From an uncultured delta proteobacterium (GTDB lineage Bacteria; Desulfobacterota; Binatia; UBA9968), in contig CAWFJP010000017.1 of assembly GCA_963816145.1 (NCBI GenBank), positions 128,001-192,000 on the forward strand: 64,000 nt of DNA. Direction: 5' to 3'. Position 1 is the first letter of the stretch, and each line of letters begins with the position of its first letter. Below, one piece after another: positions 10,331 to 20,458 of this stretch. The position numbers and the translations under genes were made by a program. Below the pieces are notes generated by a model, which was not told the DNA's origin, did no database searches, and saw only the letters and a list, made by a program, of their open reading frames with translations.

Positions 10331-11698
10331 ATGAACGCAACCCAAACCCTAGCGCGCTATGCGCGTAAATTGCGCTACCGCGACATTCCTAGCGAAGTGA
10401 TCGAGCGCGCCAAGGCGTGCGTCCTCGACACCCTGGCCGTGTCGCTCTACGGCTCGACCAAGCCGTGGAGCAAGACCGTCAGCGAATTTGTCCGCAGCGC
10501 CGGCTCGAAAGGTAACGCCACTGTCCTCGGCGGCAAGCAAAAAGCGTCACCGGAACGCGCTGCGCTTGCCAATGGCACCATGGCTCATGCCTTCGAGCTC
10601 GACAACGTCCGTCAACCTGGCGCTGGCGTTCATCCCGGCGCCACGGCATTCCTGCCAGCCTTCGCTGTGGCGGAAAATGAAAATGCCGATGGTAAAGCCC
10701 TCCTCACCGCTTTCGTTGCCGGTTGCGAAGTCATGTCGCGCATCGGCGTCGCAGCGGGCAATTCGCTGGAGCGGCGCGGTTTCCATGCGCCCGGATTGAC
10801 CGGGACTTTCGGCGCCGCAATCGCCGCCGGCCGATTGTTAAAGCTGACTGAAAAACAGTTGGTCAACGCCTTGGGTATTGCCGGCTCCTATTCCGGCGGC
10901 TTGATCGAGTTCTCGCGCTGTCAGGAAGGCGCAATGATCAAGCGGCTTCATCTCGGCAAAGCAGCCGAGGGCGGCGTCACTGCAGCACAGTTGGCCGGCC
11001 GCGGCTTCGCCGGTCCGGAAAGCGTGCTCGAAGGCAAATTCGGTTTTTGCCAAAGTTTTTCCGATTCGCCCAAGCTCGACTATCTCACCCACCGCCTGGG
11101 AGAAGTATGGGAGACCATGAACATCTGTATCAAGCGCTGCGCCTGCCATATCAACGCCCACGCACCCATTGAAGCGCTGCAAAATCTTCGCGACGAACTT
11201 GGCGTCCGACCCGAGGACATTCGCTCCATCACCATCGGCGGCATAGAAAAATTGGTCACCCATCACGCCATTTACCAACCCACCGATCTGATGATGGCAC
11301 AGTACAGCATTCCCTTCTGCGTCGCCCTGAGCGTCTATTTCGATCCCACCGATCCGGCGAACTTCGACGCGCGCAGACTCAACGACAAAAGAATCGCCGC
11401 CCTGATGCGCAAGATTCACCTCGAAGTCGATCATGAGATCGAAGAGAAAGGCTGGGACCGTGCCGCGCGTGTAAGCGTCGATCTCGCCAATAAACGGAGT
11501 GAGTCGAAACTGGTTATCCATTTCAAAGGCACGCCGCATAATCCCCTCTCTGTCGACCAAGTAGAGGCCAAAGCGCGCAAGCTCACGCGCGGCATCCTCA
11601 CCGAGCGACAGTTGAATCGGCTTGTAAATTCGCTGAGCCAGTTGGAAAAAGTCGCTGACATTTCACAAATCGGCGACATGTTACGCCGCTCGTCATGA
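10331..11698 (+). CDS. MmgE/PrpD family protein
   Basis: AALANGTMAHAFELDN, VHPG, RGFH, K-R-C-A-C, FSIPF-like YSIPF, KGTPHNPLS. Confidence 0.9.
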   Translation: MNATQTLARYARKLRYRDIPSEVIERAKACVLDTLAVSLYGSTKPWSKTVSEFVRSAGSKGNATVLGGKQKASPERAALANGTMAHAFELDNVRQPGAGVHPGATAFLPAFAVAENENADGKALLTAFVAGCEVMSRIGVAAGNSLERRGFHAPGLTGTFGAAIAAGRLLKLTEKQLVNALGIAGSYSGGLIEFSRCQEGAMIKRLHLGKAAEGGVTAAQLAGRGFAGPESVLEGKFGFCQSFSDSPKLDYLTHRLGEVWETMNICIKRCACHINAHAPIEALQNLRDELGVRPEDIRSITIGGIEKLVTHHAIYQPTDLMMAQYSIPFCVALSVYFDPTDPANFDARRLNDKRIAALMRKIHLEVDHEIEEKGWDRAARVSVDLANKRSESKLVIHFKGTPHNPLSVDQVEAKARKLTRGILTERQLNRLVNSLSQLEKVADISQIGDMLRRSS

Positions 11699-12813
11699 AG
11701 ATCTCTACCATCGACACCTATGCGCTGATTCTGCCGGTCAAAGAACTCTACGGCGGTGCCGCCGGCTACCTTGAAGACTGCCGGACACTCATTATCAGAG
11801 TCGAGACCGACAACGGCATTGAGGGCTGGGGTGAAGCCACTCAAGGCCGCCCCGGCAACACCTATGAAACATTGGAAACCATGCAGATCATGGTGCGCCG
11901 CTATTTCGCACCGGCACTGATCGGCATGGACCTCGAAGAAACCGGTGCGGTGATCAATAAACTACAAGGCGTGCGTTATGGTCATCCGATCACCAAAGCC
12001 GGAGTGGAAATCGCGCTCTACGACGCCCTGGCGAAATTCTACAAGTTGCCGCTTTATCGCCTGCTTGGCGGACCCTACCGCCGCCGGATTGAACTGGTCG
12101 GCGGCCTCGGCATGGATTTGAGCGCCGATACCATCGGCGCGAAAGCTCAGGAGTTAAAACAAGACGGTTATCGCCAGTTCAAACTCAAGATTGGTCATAA
12201 AGAACTGCAAAAAGACATCGACCGCGTGCGCGCCGTCCGTGAGGCGGTGGGCGACGAGGCGACGATTCGCGTCGACGGTAATGCGACTTATTCATTCGCC
12301 GAGGCCCGCGAGTTGTTGAATGCCTTGAGCCGTTTCCATCTGTCCGACGCTGAACAGCCATTGGCGCGCGGGGATCTTAAGAGTCTAGCCGAACTGCGCC
12401 AAACGGTCGGTGTGCCCATCGCTGCCCAGGAAAGCGTTAGCTCCCCCGAAGATGCATTGGCCGTGCTCGATGCCGGAGCCGCCGATCTATTGAAGATTAA
12501 ACTCACCCATATCGGCGGCTTTCAACGGGCGTTGCAAGTTGCCGCCGTAGTCGGTGCCAAAGCTCTACCGGTGGTCATCGGCCAAGGTAGCGCCTGCACG
12601 CCGATACTTTCGGCTGCTGAGATGCACCTGCATACAGCTATGAAAAACGCCCAACCGGGCGGCGAAATGACTGGCTTCCTGCGTCTCGGCGAGCAAGCCA
12701 TTTTTGGTTACATCGAGGTCAAGCGAGCGACCGTGACACTCACCAACACAGCCGGTCTCGGCATCACGGTTAATCGCGAAAAGCTAGTCCAGCTGGCGAC
12801 CGACGACTTTTAG
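11695..12813 (+). CDS. Mandelate racemase/muconate lactonizing (enolase superfamily) enzyme
   Basis: GIEGWGE, LPLYRLLGG, FKLKIG, RVDGN, EQP, KIKLTHIGG; ATGA overlap with prpD-like gene. Confidence 0.9.
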   Translation: MKISTIDTYALILPVKELYGGAAGYLEDCRTLIIRVETDNGIEGWGEATQGRPGNTYETLETMQIMVRRYFAPALIGMDLEETGAVINKLQGVRYGHPITKAGVEIALYDALAKFYKLPLYRLLGGPYRRRIELVGGLGMDLSADTIGAKAQELKQDGYRQFKLKIGHKELQKDIDRVRAVREAVGDEATIRVDGNATYSFAEARELLNALSRFHLSDAEQPLARGDLKSLAELRQTVGVPIAAQESVSSPEDALAVLDAGAADLLKIKLTHIGGFQRALQVAAVVGAKALPVVIGQGSACTPILSAAEMHLHTAMKNAQPGGEMTGFLRLGEQAIFGYIEVKRATVTLTNTAGLGITVNREKLVQLATDDF

Positions 12814-12854
12814 CTCTTTGATCGAATCATTTTTGCTGGATCATTCCAACATCA

Positions 12855-12890
12855 TGCATATATTTTAAGCATATGCTTGAAAAATAGGCA
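12855..12890. promoter_or_regulatory. Tandem NtrC-type enhancer sites (2 x TGC-N11-GCA)
   Basis: TGCATATATTTTAAGCA (12855-12871) and TGCTTGAAAAATAGGCA (12874-12890), 17 bp each, ~75-110 bp upstream of a sigma54 box. Confidence 0.6.
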
Positions 12891-12962
12891 GCACCCAATT
12901 CGCCCAGATCTCCATTATTTCATAAGTAATTAATAAATAGTGATTTTTATATCATGCTTTAA

Positions 12963-12978
12963 TGGCATAACGGTTGCT
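12963..12978 (+). promoter_or_regulatory. Sigma54 (-24/-12) promoter of amtB-glnA-glnB
   Basis: TGGCATAACGGTTGCT, GG-N10-GC spacing exact. Confidence 0.8.
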
Positions 12979-13051
12979 CAGAGAAGGCTCATACGAGTTT
13001 AGCCAACGTATAGCACTTAAAATTATTGCAACTAAACGGGGAGGTTCGGTT

Positions 13052-14425
13052 GTGAAGCAGCGAAACAAATTTCACTCATTGTGGTTTTTCCTACCAGTGC
13101 TGCTGGCATTGTGGTTCGGACCTTCGGCGCAAGCTCAAGAAACAACGTCCGCGCCTGCCTCGGCACTCAGTGCGCCTGCTCCAACAACACCACCAGCAGC
13201 GCCGAAGGTCGACAAAGGTGATAACGCCTGGATGCTGACATCCTCAGCTCTCGTTCTGATGATGACGATCCCCGGCCTGTTTCTTTTCTATGGCGGTCTT
13301 GTCCGCAGCAAAAATATTCTCGGGACGATCATGCATAGTTTTATCATGGTCGGCATCGTTACGGTGCAATGGGTGTTATGGGGTTATTCGGTCGCCTTCG
13401 GACCGGATGTAGGCGGTCTGTTCGGTTCGCTTGCGTGGGTCGGATTGAATGGTGTTGGGGTCGAGCCAAATGCAGATTATGCCGCCACCATCCCTCATAT
13501 GACATTTATGGTTTATCAGATGATGTTCGCCATCATTACCCCAGCGCTCATCACCGGCGCGTTCGCCGAGCGGGCAAAGTTCGGCACATTTCTGGTGTTC
13601 ATGATTCTATGGACGACCATTGTTTACGATCCCCTGGCGCATTGGGTTTGGGGGGTCAAAGGCTGGATGCGTGAAATGGGAGCGTTAGATTTCGCCGGCG
13701 GCACCGTCGTACATATCAGTTCGGGGGCGTCGGCCCTGGTGGCAGCGATCATGTTCGGCCGCCGCATCGGCTACGGCCAAGAGGCGATGCCGCCACATAA
13801 TTTGCCGTTCAGTGTCATCGGTGCCGGTCTGCTTTGGGTCGGCTGGTTTGGCTTCAATGCCGGTAGCGCTCTGGCAGCCGATGGCTTAGCCACTTCCGCT
13901 TTCGTTGCAACCCATGTAGCAACCGCTGCTGCGGCGCTCGCATGGTTGGCGATGGACTGGATGCGCGGTAAACCGACTATGCTCGGTGCCGCCAGCGGTG
14001 CGGTCGCGGGACTCGTTGCGATCACGCCGGGGGCAGGCTTCGTTAGTCCGATGTCAGCGCTGGTGATTGGCGTGGGCGGCGGCATCCTGTGCTCTATTGC
14101 TTGCAGCCTAAAACCAAAATTTGGTTACGACGATTCGCTCGATGTCGTCGGCGTCCATGGAGTCGGCGGCACCTGGGGTGCCTTGGCGACCGGACTTTTC
14201 GCTTCGAAAGCCGTCAACGCAGCAGGTAACAACGGTCTGTTCTTCGGCAACCCTGGGCAACTCTGGATCCAGTTCGTGACTGTCGTAGTAACGATTGTCT
14301 TCGCGATGGTCGCAACTGCGGTCATTCTGGCGATTTTAAAAGCAACTATGGGGCTCCGTGTGGCTGATGATGAAGAGCGCATGGGCTTGGATTTGACCCA
14401 GCATAACGAGCGCGCCTACGAATGA
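13052..14425 (+). CDS. amtB: Ammonium transporter AmtB
   Basis: DFAGGTVVH, WVGWFGFNAGS, DDSLDVVGVHG, GLDLTQH. GTG start at 13052 after GGAGG. Confidence 0.96.
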   Translation: MKQRNKFHSLWFFLPVLLALWFGPSAQAQETTSAPASALSAPAPTTPPAAPKVDKGDNAWMLTSSALVLMMTIPGLFLFYGGLVRSKNILGTIMHSFIMVGIVTVQWVLWGYSVAFGPDVGGLFGSLAWVGLNGVGVEPNADYAATIPHMTFMVYQMMFAIITPALITGAFAERAKFGTFLVFMILWTTIVYDPLAHWVWGVKGWMREMGALDFAGGTVVHISSGASALVAAIMFGRRIGYGQEAMPPHNLPFSVIGAGLLWVGWFGFNAGSALAADGLATSAFVATHVATAAAALAWLAMDWMRGKPTMLGAASGAVAGLVAITPGAGFVSPMSALVIGVGGGILCSIACSLKPKFGYDDSLDVVGVHGVGGTWGALATGLFASKAVNAAGNNGLFFGNPGQLWIQFVTVVVTIVFAMVATAVILAILKATMGLRVADDEERMGLDLTQHNERAYE

Positions 14426-14519
14426 TCCAGCGCAGATGGGACTGGTTCTCGCTGGAAGAATGTGATAACTGGTGTGCGTTTTCAAAACTATTAAACACTC
14501 AGATGAGAGGAGCATATAG

Positions 14520-15935
14520 ATGTCCGTAAAAGACGTCCTAGAGATGGCGAAGAAGAACAAGGTGGAGATCGTCGATTTCAAGTTTATCGACGTGCCCGGG
14601 CTGTGGCAGCATTTTTCGATCCCGGCCACCGATCTCGACGCCGATAAGTTTGAATCGGGTTTGGGTTTCGACGGATCGAGTATCCGTGGCTTCCAGTCGA
14701 TCAACGAATCCGACATGATCCTTTTGCCCGACCCTGACACCGCCATGATGGATCCGTTCACCGAACACCCCACTCTTAGCTTTGTCTGTAACGTGCTCGA
14801 TGCGATCACCCGCCAGCCCTACTCCCGGGACCCGCGCTATATTACGCAGAAAGCCGAGAAGTACCTAAAGTCCACCGGTCTGGCCGACATCAGCTATTGG
14901 GGGCCCGAGATCGAGTTTTTTATCTTTGATAGTATCCGCTTCGATCAGAACCATCACGAAGGTTATTATCATATCGACTCCAGTGAAGGGTTCTGGAACT
15001 CCGGCAACGGCGACGGTGCCAATCTGGGCAACAAGATCAGATACAAAGAAGGCTACTTCCCGGTCCCGCCGATGGACCAGTACCAAGACCTCAGGTCAGA
15101 AATGGTCATGAACCTGGAGAAATGCGGCATCAAGATCGAAGTGCATCATCACGAAGTCGCCACCGGCGGTCAGACCGAGATCGACATGCGCTTTGACACC
15201 ATGACCAAGATGGCCGACAAGGTGTTGCTCTATAAGTATGTCGTCAAGAACACCGCCCGCAAACGCGGCAAAGTAGTGACCTGCATGCCCAAACCGCTGT
15301 TCCAAGACAATGGCTCCGGCATGCACTGCCACCAGAGTCTGTGGAAAGCCGGCAAGAATATCTTTTACGACAAGAAGGGCTACGGGCTGATCAGCGATAC
15401 TGCGAGATACTACATCGGCGGGCTGATCAAACATGCCCATGCGCTGTGCGCCTTTATCGCGCCAACGACCAATTCCTATAGAAGACTTGTTCCCGGCTAC
15501 GAAGCGCCGATCAATTTAGTCTACTCGGCGAGAAACCGCAGCGCTTGCGTCAGAATCCCTATGTACTCGACCAGCGAGAAGGCCAAGCGGTTGGAGTTCA
15601 GAACCCCTGATCCGAGTGCCAATCCGTACTTTGCCTTTCCGGCGATGATGATGGCCGGGTTGGACGGCATCCGCAATAAGATCGAGCCGCCCAAACCGAT
15701 CGACAAGAACTTGTATGAGCTGGAGCCTGAGGAAGCGGCCAAGGTTAAATCGATGCCGGGATCGTTAGATCAGGCCCTCGATGCGTTGGAGAAGGATCAT
15801 GACTTCCTGCTCAAGGGCGATGTGTTTACCAAGGACGTGATCGAGACCTGGCTCGAGTACAAGCGCAAGCATGAGGTCGATGCCATCCGGCTCCGTCCTC
15901 ATCCTTGGGAGTTCGCTCTCTATTTCGATATCTAA
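14520..15935 (+). CDS. glnA: Type I glutamine synthetase
   Basis: [38 protein letters not shown], adenylylation motif NLY. Confidence 0.98.
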   Translation: MSVKDVLEMAKKNKVEIVDFKFIDVPGLWQHFSIPATDLDADKFESGLGFDGSSIRGFQSINESDMILLPDPDTAMMDPFTEHPTLSFVCNVLDAITRQPYSRDPRYITQKAEKYLKSTGLADISYWGPEIEFFIFDSIRFDQNHHEGYYHIDSSEGFWNSGNGDGANLGNKIRYKEGYFPVPPMDQYQDLRSEMVMNLEKCGIKIEVHHHEVATGGQTEIDMRFDTMTKMADKVLLYKYVVKNTARKRGKVVTCMPKPLFQDNGSGMHCHQSLWKAGKNIFYDKKGYGLISDTARYYIGGLIKHAHALCAFIAPTTNSYRRLVPGYEAPINLVYSARNRSACVRIPMYSTSEKAKRLEFRTPDPSANPYFAFPAMMMAGLDGIRNKIEPPKPIDKNLYELEPEEAAKVKSMPGSLDQALDALEKDHDFLLKGDVFTKDVIETWLEYKRKHEVDAIRLRPHPWEFALYFDI

Positions 15936-15943
15936 AAATATAA

Positions 15944-16348
<405 letters not shown>

Positions 16349-16381
16349 AATTTTTACCTGCCCGCAACAACCGCATCGACG

Positions 16382-16423
16382 AAAAAGCCCTGGGCCCGGG
16401 TATAATCCGGCCTAGGGCTTGTT
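16382..16423. terminator. Rho-independent terminator after glnB
   Basis: AAAAAGCCCTGGGCCCGGG...TCCGGCCTAGGGCTTGTT. Confidence 0.65.
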
Positions 16424-16684
16424 GCTTGTGCAATTGGCTATCCACATTAAAGAGTTCCGCCGGAGGGAACTGCGCCGAAACTCAATAGACACTAAACTGT
16501 TCTCGAATAGAGTGATATCGAAGCATTGGCGGCGGCGTCCGCCACAGCTATCGAGTCTAACCCACAAGCTCCAACAATCGCTCGACAGCATTCCGTCCGT
16601 GCGCTTGAACCTTGAAATCCCATTGGCACGACTATCATTGCGCTAATGGGAACTGAAAGAGGGGTTGGATTTGGTGCCATTTCA

Positions 16685-16842
16685 TTGCTTCTTCAATACT
16701 ATTCACAGTTAATCAAGACAGCATCGGTCTGAAGCCCAATAACCGCGACATTACGGCTGCCGATTTTCGGCCGCATCTCCCCCGCTCAAAACGTCAAGGT
16801 CGGAACCTATATTGATACAATAACTGTGACTGAACTTATTGA
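16685..16842 (+). pseudogene. Eroded spore coat U (SCPU)/Csu-type pilin C-terminal fragment
   Basis: Frame reads LLLQYYSQLIKTASV*SPITATLRLPIFGRISPAQNVKVGTYIDTITVT, matching the SCPU signature (Y/F)GRI..GQ....G.Y.DTITVT; in-frame TGA at 16730-16732, no start. Confidence 0.65.
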
Positions 16843-16864
16843 TCGATCCGTAGTGCGCGATCGG

Positions 16865-18454
16865 CTAGTTCTTTTCTTCCCCAGGTTGTTTTCCGGGCTC
16901 GAAGCCGCCGACCTCGTGGTAGACCACATCTTTCTTTTCCTCGAATGCCCTGACTTCGGGAACCGTCCCTGGTAAGCCAAGCTTCTTCCATTCGCCGGCG
17001 ACCTTGTCATACATCTCTTTGCGCAGCGCAGTGCGTTTGGAAAACACCGGTAAGTAGCGGTGTTCTTTGCAGGCGTTAATCAACGCCTTCGAGCCGTAGG
17101 GCCGTTTTTCCGGAGGATTCTGCGTCGGGTCGAGCCAAGTCGACCAGGTGTTTCGTAAGATATCGACATCGTCGATCGGATTGCAGCGGCTACTCATGGC
17201 CCAGATCACCTGATCCATATCGGTCGGATCGATATCTTCGTCAACGGCAATGATCCACTTGGTGTAATAAGCGCCGCCGGGAACCTGGGCCGCCAAGGCG
17301 AGAGCCTGCGCCGCATGACCGGCATAGCGTTGTTCAAGGGCTATGACGGTCATACCAAAACCACCGGCACCGGCAGGATGGGCGTAAACGCCTTGAATGC
17401 CGGGAATGCCCAACTTGTCTAGGTCATCCCAAATACGCGCCGAGCGGATGACCGAGAAGAATCCGCTCTGCTCGTTGGATGGATAGTCCGCCATCAAAGC
17501 GTTGGTAAGGATCGGGTTGTTGCGATAGTGCACAGCGGTGATTTCAACCAGGGGGCAGCCCGCTTCGGGCCGGCCGTAATAGCCGGGAAATTCACCAAAG
17601 GGACCTTCACTTCTAACAGAGTTCGGCTTGATGACACCTTCGATCATAAACTCGGCGTTGGCCGGCAATAGCAAATTGGTCGTCTTGCCCTTTACCACCG
17701 GGATCGGCTCACCCTTGATGCCGCCCAAATACTCATATTCGGAGACATTCTTAGGAAAAGTCTGCGAGCCCAACACCATAAACAATGGATCGATGCCCCA
17801 GGCGGCCGCGACTTCAACAGGTTTGCCCTGCTGCCACGACCGGGTGATGTGCAAGCGCGCGTCTTTTCCGGGGGACAGGTAGAGGCCGCATTCGTTTTTC
17901 CCTTGCAGCATCATGCGATAAGTACCGACGTTTAAGTATCCGCTGTCGGGATCGCGGGTAATCACGCAGTCTGCCGTACCGGCATAGCGACCACCGTCCA
18001 ATGGCCAATGGCGTGGAATTGGCAACTGAGTGAGATCGATCTTATCGCCGGTCAGAGTGTTCTGATACATCGCGGCTTCAGACGCGGAAACCTCCCGCGG
18101 CGCCATGCGGTTTTTGAGTTTGTCTTTGGTGCGGCGAATCAACTCCACCGTCGGGGTGTCAGGGGGTTCTTCCATAGTTAAGGCGATGCGTGGAATACTT
18201 GGGCCCAAGATATTCCATAATGATTGCGCCTTATATGGGCTTTTTTCATAGCCTTTGATGTTGTCGAACAGGATCGCTGGCGACGGCTTCTGTTTTGCCA
18301 CTAGATAACCGATGGCGCTCATCTCTTCTTCGCAGCTCACCGCATCCGTGACCCGGATCAAATCGCCCAAAGCTTCGACGCGATTTAACCAATCGCGCAG
18401 GTCTTGGATCGGTTTTTTGCTGCTCTCGGTTACTTTTTCTTCTCGTTTAGCCAT
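16865..18454 (-). CDS. UbiD family (prFMN-dependent) decarboxylase
   Basis: DLRDWL, DGGRY, NVGTYR, EGPFGEFPGYY, IAVDEDIDP, VIWAMSSRC. Confidence 0.92.
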   Translation of the reverse strand: MAKREEKVTESSKKPIQDLRDWLNRVEALGDLIRVTDAVSCEEEMSAIGYLVAKQKPSPAILFDNIKGYEKSPYKAQSLWNILGPSIPRIALTMEEPPDTPTVELIRRTKDKLKNRMAPREVSASEAAMYQNTLTGDKIDLTQLPIPRHWPLDGGRYAGTADCVITRDPDSGYLNVGTYRMMLQGKNECGLYLSPGKDARLHITRSWQQGKPVEVAAAWGIDPLFMVLGSQTFPKNVSEYEYLGGIKGEPIPVVKGKTTNLLLPANAEFMIEGVIKPNSVRSEGPFGEFPGYYGRPEAGCPLVEITAVHYRNNPILTNALMADYPSNEQSGFFSVIRSARIWDDLDKLGIPGIQGVYAHPAGAGGFGMTVIALEQRYAGHAAQALALAAQVPGGAYYTKWIIAVDEDIDPTDMDQVIWAMSSRCNPIDDVDILRNTWSTWLDPTQNPPEKRPYGSKALINACKEHRYLPVFSKRTALRKEMYDKVAGEWKKLGLPGTVPEVRAFEEKKDVVYHEVGGFEPGKQPGEEKN

Positions 18455-18491
18455 CGGTTATCCTCCAAAGTTTTCACTGGCAAATTGAATT

Positions 18492-19238
18492 TTACAGACG
18501 GGCGCCTTTTGGAAGCTGTGCGCGAAAATAGGCGAAGGCGTCGTAGGATCGGAACATCATATTTTCTTTCATGTAATCGATCTCGGCCTGGGGCATGATC
18601 GCCGGTTTGCCAACGCAGCTGGCAATGAACTGCATGTAGGCGGTACGCTCCAGATAAATCGCGTGGACCGTAGCATATTCTAAGCTATCGCCGCACACAA
18701 TAATGCCATGGCCCTTGAGCAACATCGCCATGCGGTCTTGCAACGTCGCGCAGATCTCCCTACCGTCGCGCATAGTGTAAATCAAGCGCGGGCTCGGGAA
18801 AATCGGCGTTTCCGGGGCAAACACTGCGGCTTGGTTATAGATCGGCAGAATCGGTGTACCGGCCACCGAAAAAGCCGTCGCAATGGTCTGATGGGTATGG
18901 ACGACGGAATTGACCTCCGGCCGGGCGTTGTAGATCGCCGCGTGAATCATCGTTTCGCGCGGCGGATTCTTGATCTTGGTAACGGCGCGCTTATTGCCGG
19001 CCTTGGCGTAATTTGCCTCGCAAACTTCGAAGTACTGATCGATGTCGACCTCGATGATATGCTTGGGCGCCACTTCACCGAGCGGTGCCAACACCGGCTT
19101 GATAAAAAACTTTCTGGTACCGGGAATGCGCGCGCTGACATGACCGTGATAGTCGGCCAGGCCTTGATGGAACATGATGCGGTTGCCCAAGGCAACTTTC
19201 TTTTTTAACTCGTCTGTGTCCTTTTTGCTGATTTTCAC
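18492..19238 (-). CDS. Class II aldolase/adducin family protein
   Basis: GHVSARIP, ETMIHAAIYNARPEVNSVVHTH, LLKGHG. Confidence 0.9.
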   Translation of the reverse strand: MKISKKDTDELKKKVALGNRIMFHQGLADYHGHVSARIPGTRKFFIKPVLAPLGEVAPKHIIEVDIDQYFEVCEANYAKAGNKRAVTKIKNPPRETMIHAAIYNARPEVNSVVHTHQTIATAFSVAGTPILPIYNQAAVFAPETPIFPSPRLIYTMRDGREICATLQDRMAMLLKGHGIIVCGDSLEYATVHAIYLERTAYMQFIASCVGKPAIMPQAEIDYMKENMMFRSYDAFAYFRAQLPKGARL

Positions 19239-19262
19239 CGGTCAATCCCCTTTCCATCGATG

Positions 19263-20207
19263 CTAGTTAATCTCTTGCTTCGCTTGCGCTCCATTGCCCG
19301 TGCCGGCCGCCCACCAGTGGATGTTCATCCAGTTCCACTGCTCGGGATAGCTGCGCACCGTACGTTCGAGCCAGCGGGTGATTCTGATAGTATTTTCACG
19401 AATCGCCTCGGCGTTGCGTTCGCCTCGCTCCAACTCCAACTCCGGTTCGATAACCAGCCGCAAACTATCGTCCGCCTGACGCACCAAACACGCGGGAACC
19501 ACCGCCGCACCGGTGCGCAATGCCAAACTGACTGGGCCACGGCGGGCAATTACCGTCTTACCAAACAGCGGCACTTCAATGCCAGAGCCCCGACGATATT
19601 CGTCGGCAATGATGACCGCGACCTGATTGCGTCGCAGTACCTCAGAAAGCTCCCGCAGTGCCGTATGGCGCGGCCGCGCGTGAATCGTCTTCTGCCGCGC
19701 CTCAAGGCGATATTCATCCATCAGCGCGGCAAAACGGCCGTCACGCGGTTGATTGACTAGAACGAAAACCGGCAAACCGTCGACCGCGATGCGGCAGCCG
19801 ACTAGAAAAAAATTGCCTAAGTGCGCGCTTAGCAGCAACACCCCTTTGCCTTTAGCGAGTGCTGCATCAAGATATTTGCGACCGACAATTGGAATTTCCG
19901 CCTTAATGCGGTCATCGGAAGATTCCACCGTGACACCGATCTCCACACAAGCGCGCAAAAAATTACGCAGCGATTGGCGCGCAACACTGTCGATCTCACT
20001 GGCACTCAGCCGATCGCCCAAGGCGAGGCGAATATTGGCAATTGAACGAGTTCGAAATCCGCGAAATAGGTAATACCCGATCTTGGCTAGCCCATCCGAT
20101 AGTCGAAAAATCGCTCCTGGACATACCCGGACTGCCACGCAACCAATCCTGAAACCGAACCAAGTACCGAAATAGGCAAGTTTTCCCGAGAGCCAAGCGA
20201 TCATCAA
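19263..20207 (-). CDS. Lysophospholipid/lipid A late acyltransferase (LpxL/HtrB) family
   Basis: DAALAKGKGVLLLSAHLGNF, VPLFGK, LALRTGAAVVP, PEQWNWM. Confidence 0.85.
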   Translation of the reverse strand: MMIAWLSGKLAYFGTWFGFRIGCVAVRVCPGAIFRLSDGLAKIGYYLFRGFRTRSIANIRLALGDRLSASEIDSVARQSLRNFLRACVEIGVTVESSDDRIKAEIPIVGRKYLDAALAKGKGVLLLSAHLGNFFLVGCRIAVDGLPVFVLVNQPRDGRFAALMDEYRLEARQKTIHARPRHTALRELSEVLRRNQVAVIIADEYRRGSGIEVPLFGKTVIARRGPVSLALRTGAAVVPACLVRQADDSLRLVIEPELELERGERNAEAIRENTIRITRWLERTVRSYPEQWNWMNIHWWAAGTGNGAQAKQEIN

Positions 20208-20349
20208 TTATCGAGAGCTAACGATTCCGCACCGCTCTCCCGTGCCTTAAAGTACGCCAATCTACGCTACTTTCTTCACTGTCGCAACCGCCGAAACCAA
20301 CCTTCCCAGCGCTTTCAAACTTCGAACCTTTACAAGCAAATTAATTTAA

Positions 20350-20362
20350 TATCAACAACTTA
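20350..20362. promoter_or_regulatory. Putative IHF binding site
   Basis: TATCAACAACTTA matches WATCAANNNNTTR with an AT-rich 5' flank. Confidence 0.45.
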
Positions 20363-20458
20363 GAGAGTATCGACAACGCTGTTCCGGAGTCAGGGTTATT
20401 CCTATTGGTGACTAGGTATGTTAATAAATTCCGACTGCTGTGAACCCGGAAAAGATTT

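Noticed and set aside
14426-14519. Glutamine riboswitch before glnA
   Set aside because: Only a simple hairpin (14426-14456); the conserved glnA-motif sequences are not present
16624-16640. TGGCAC...TTGC sigma54-like box
   Set aside because: GG to GC spacing is not 10 nt
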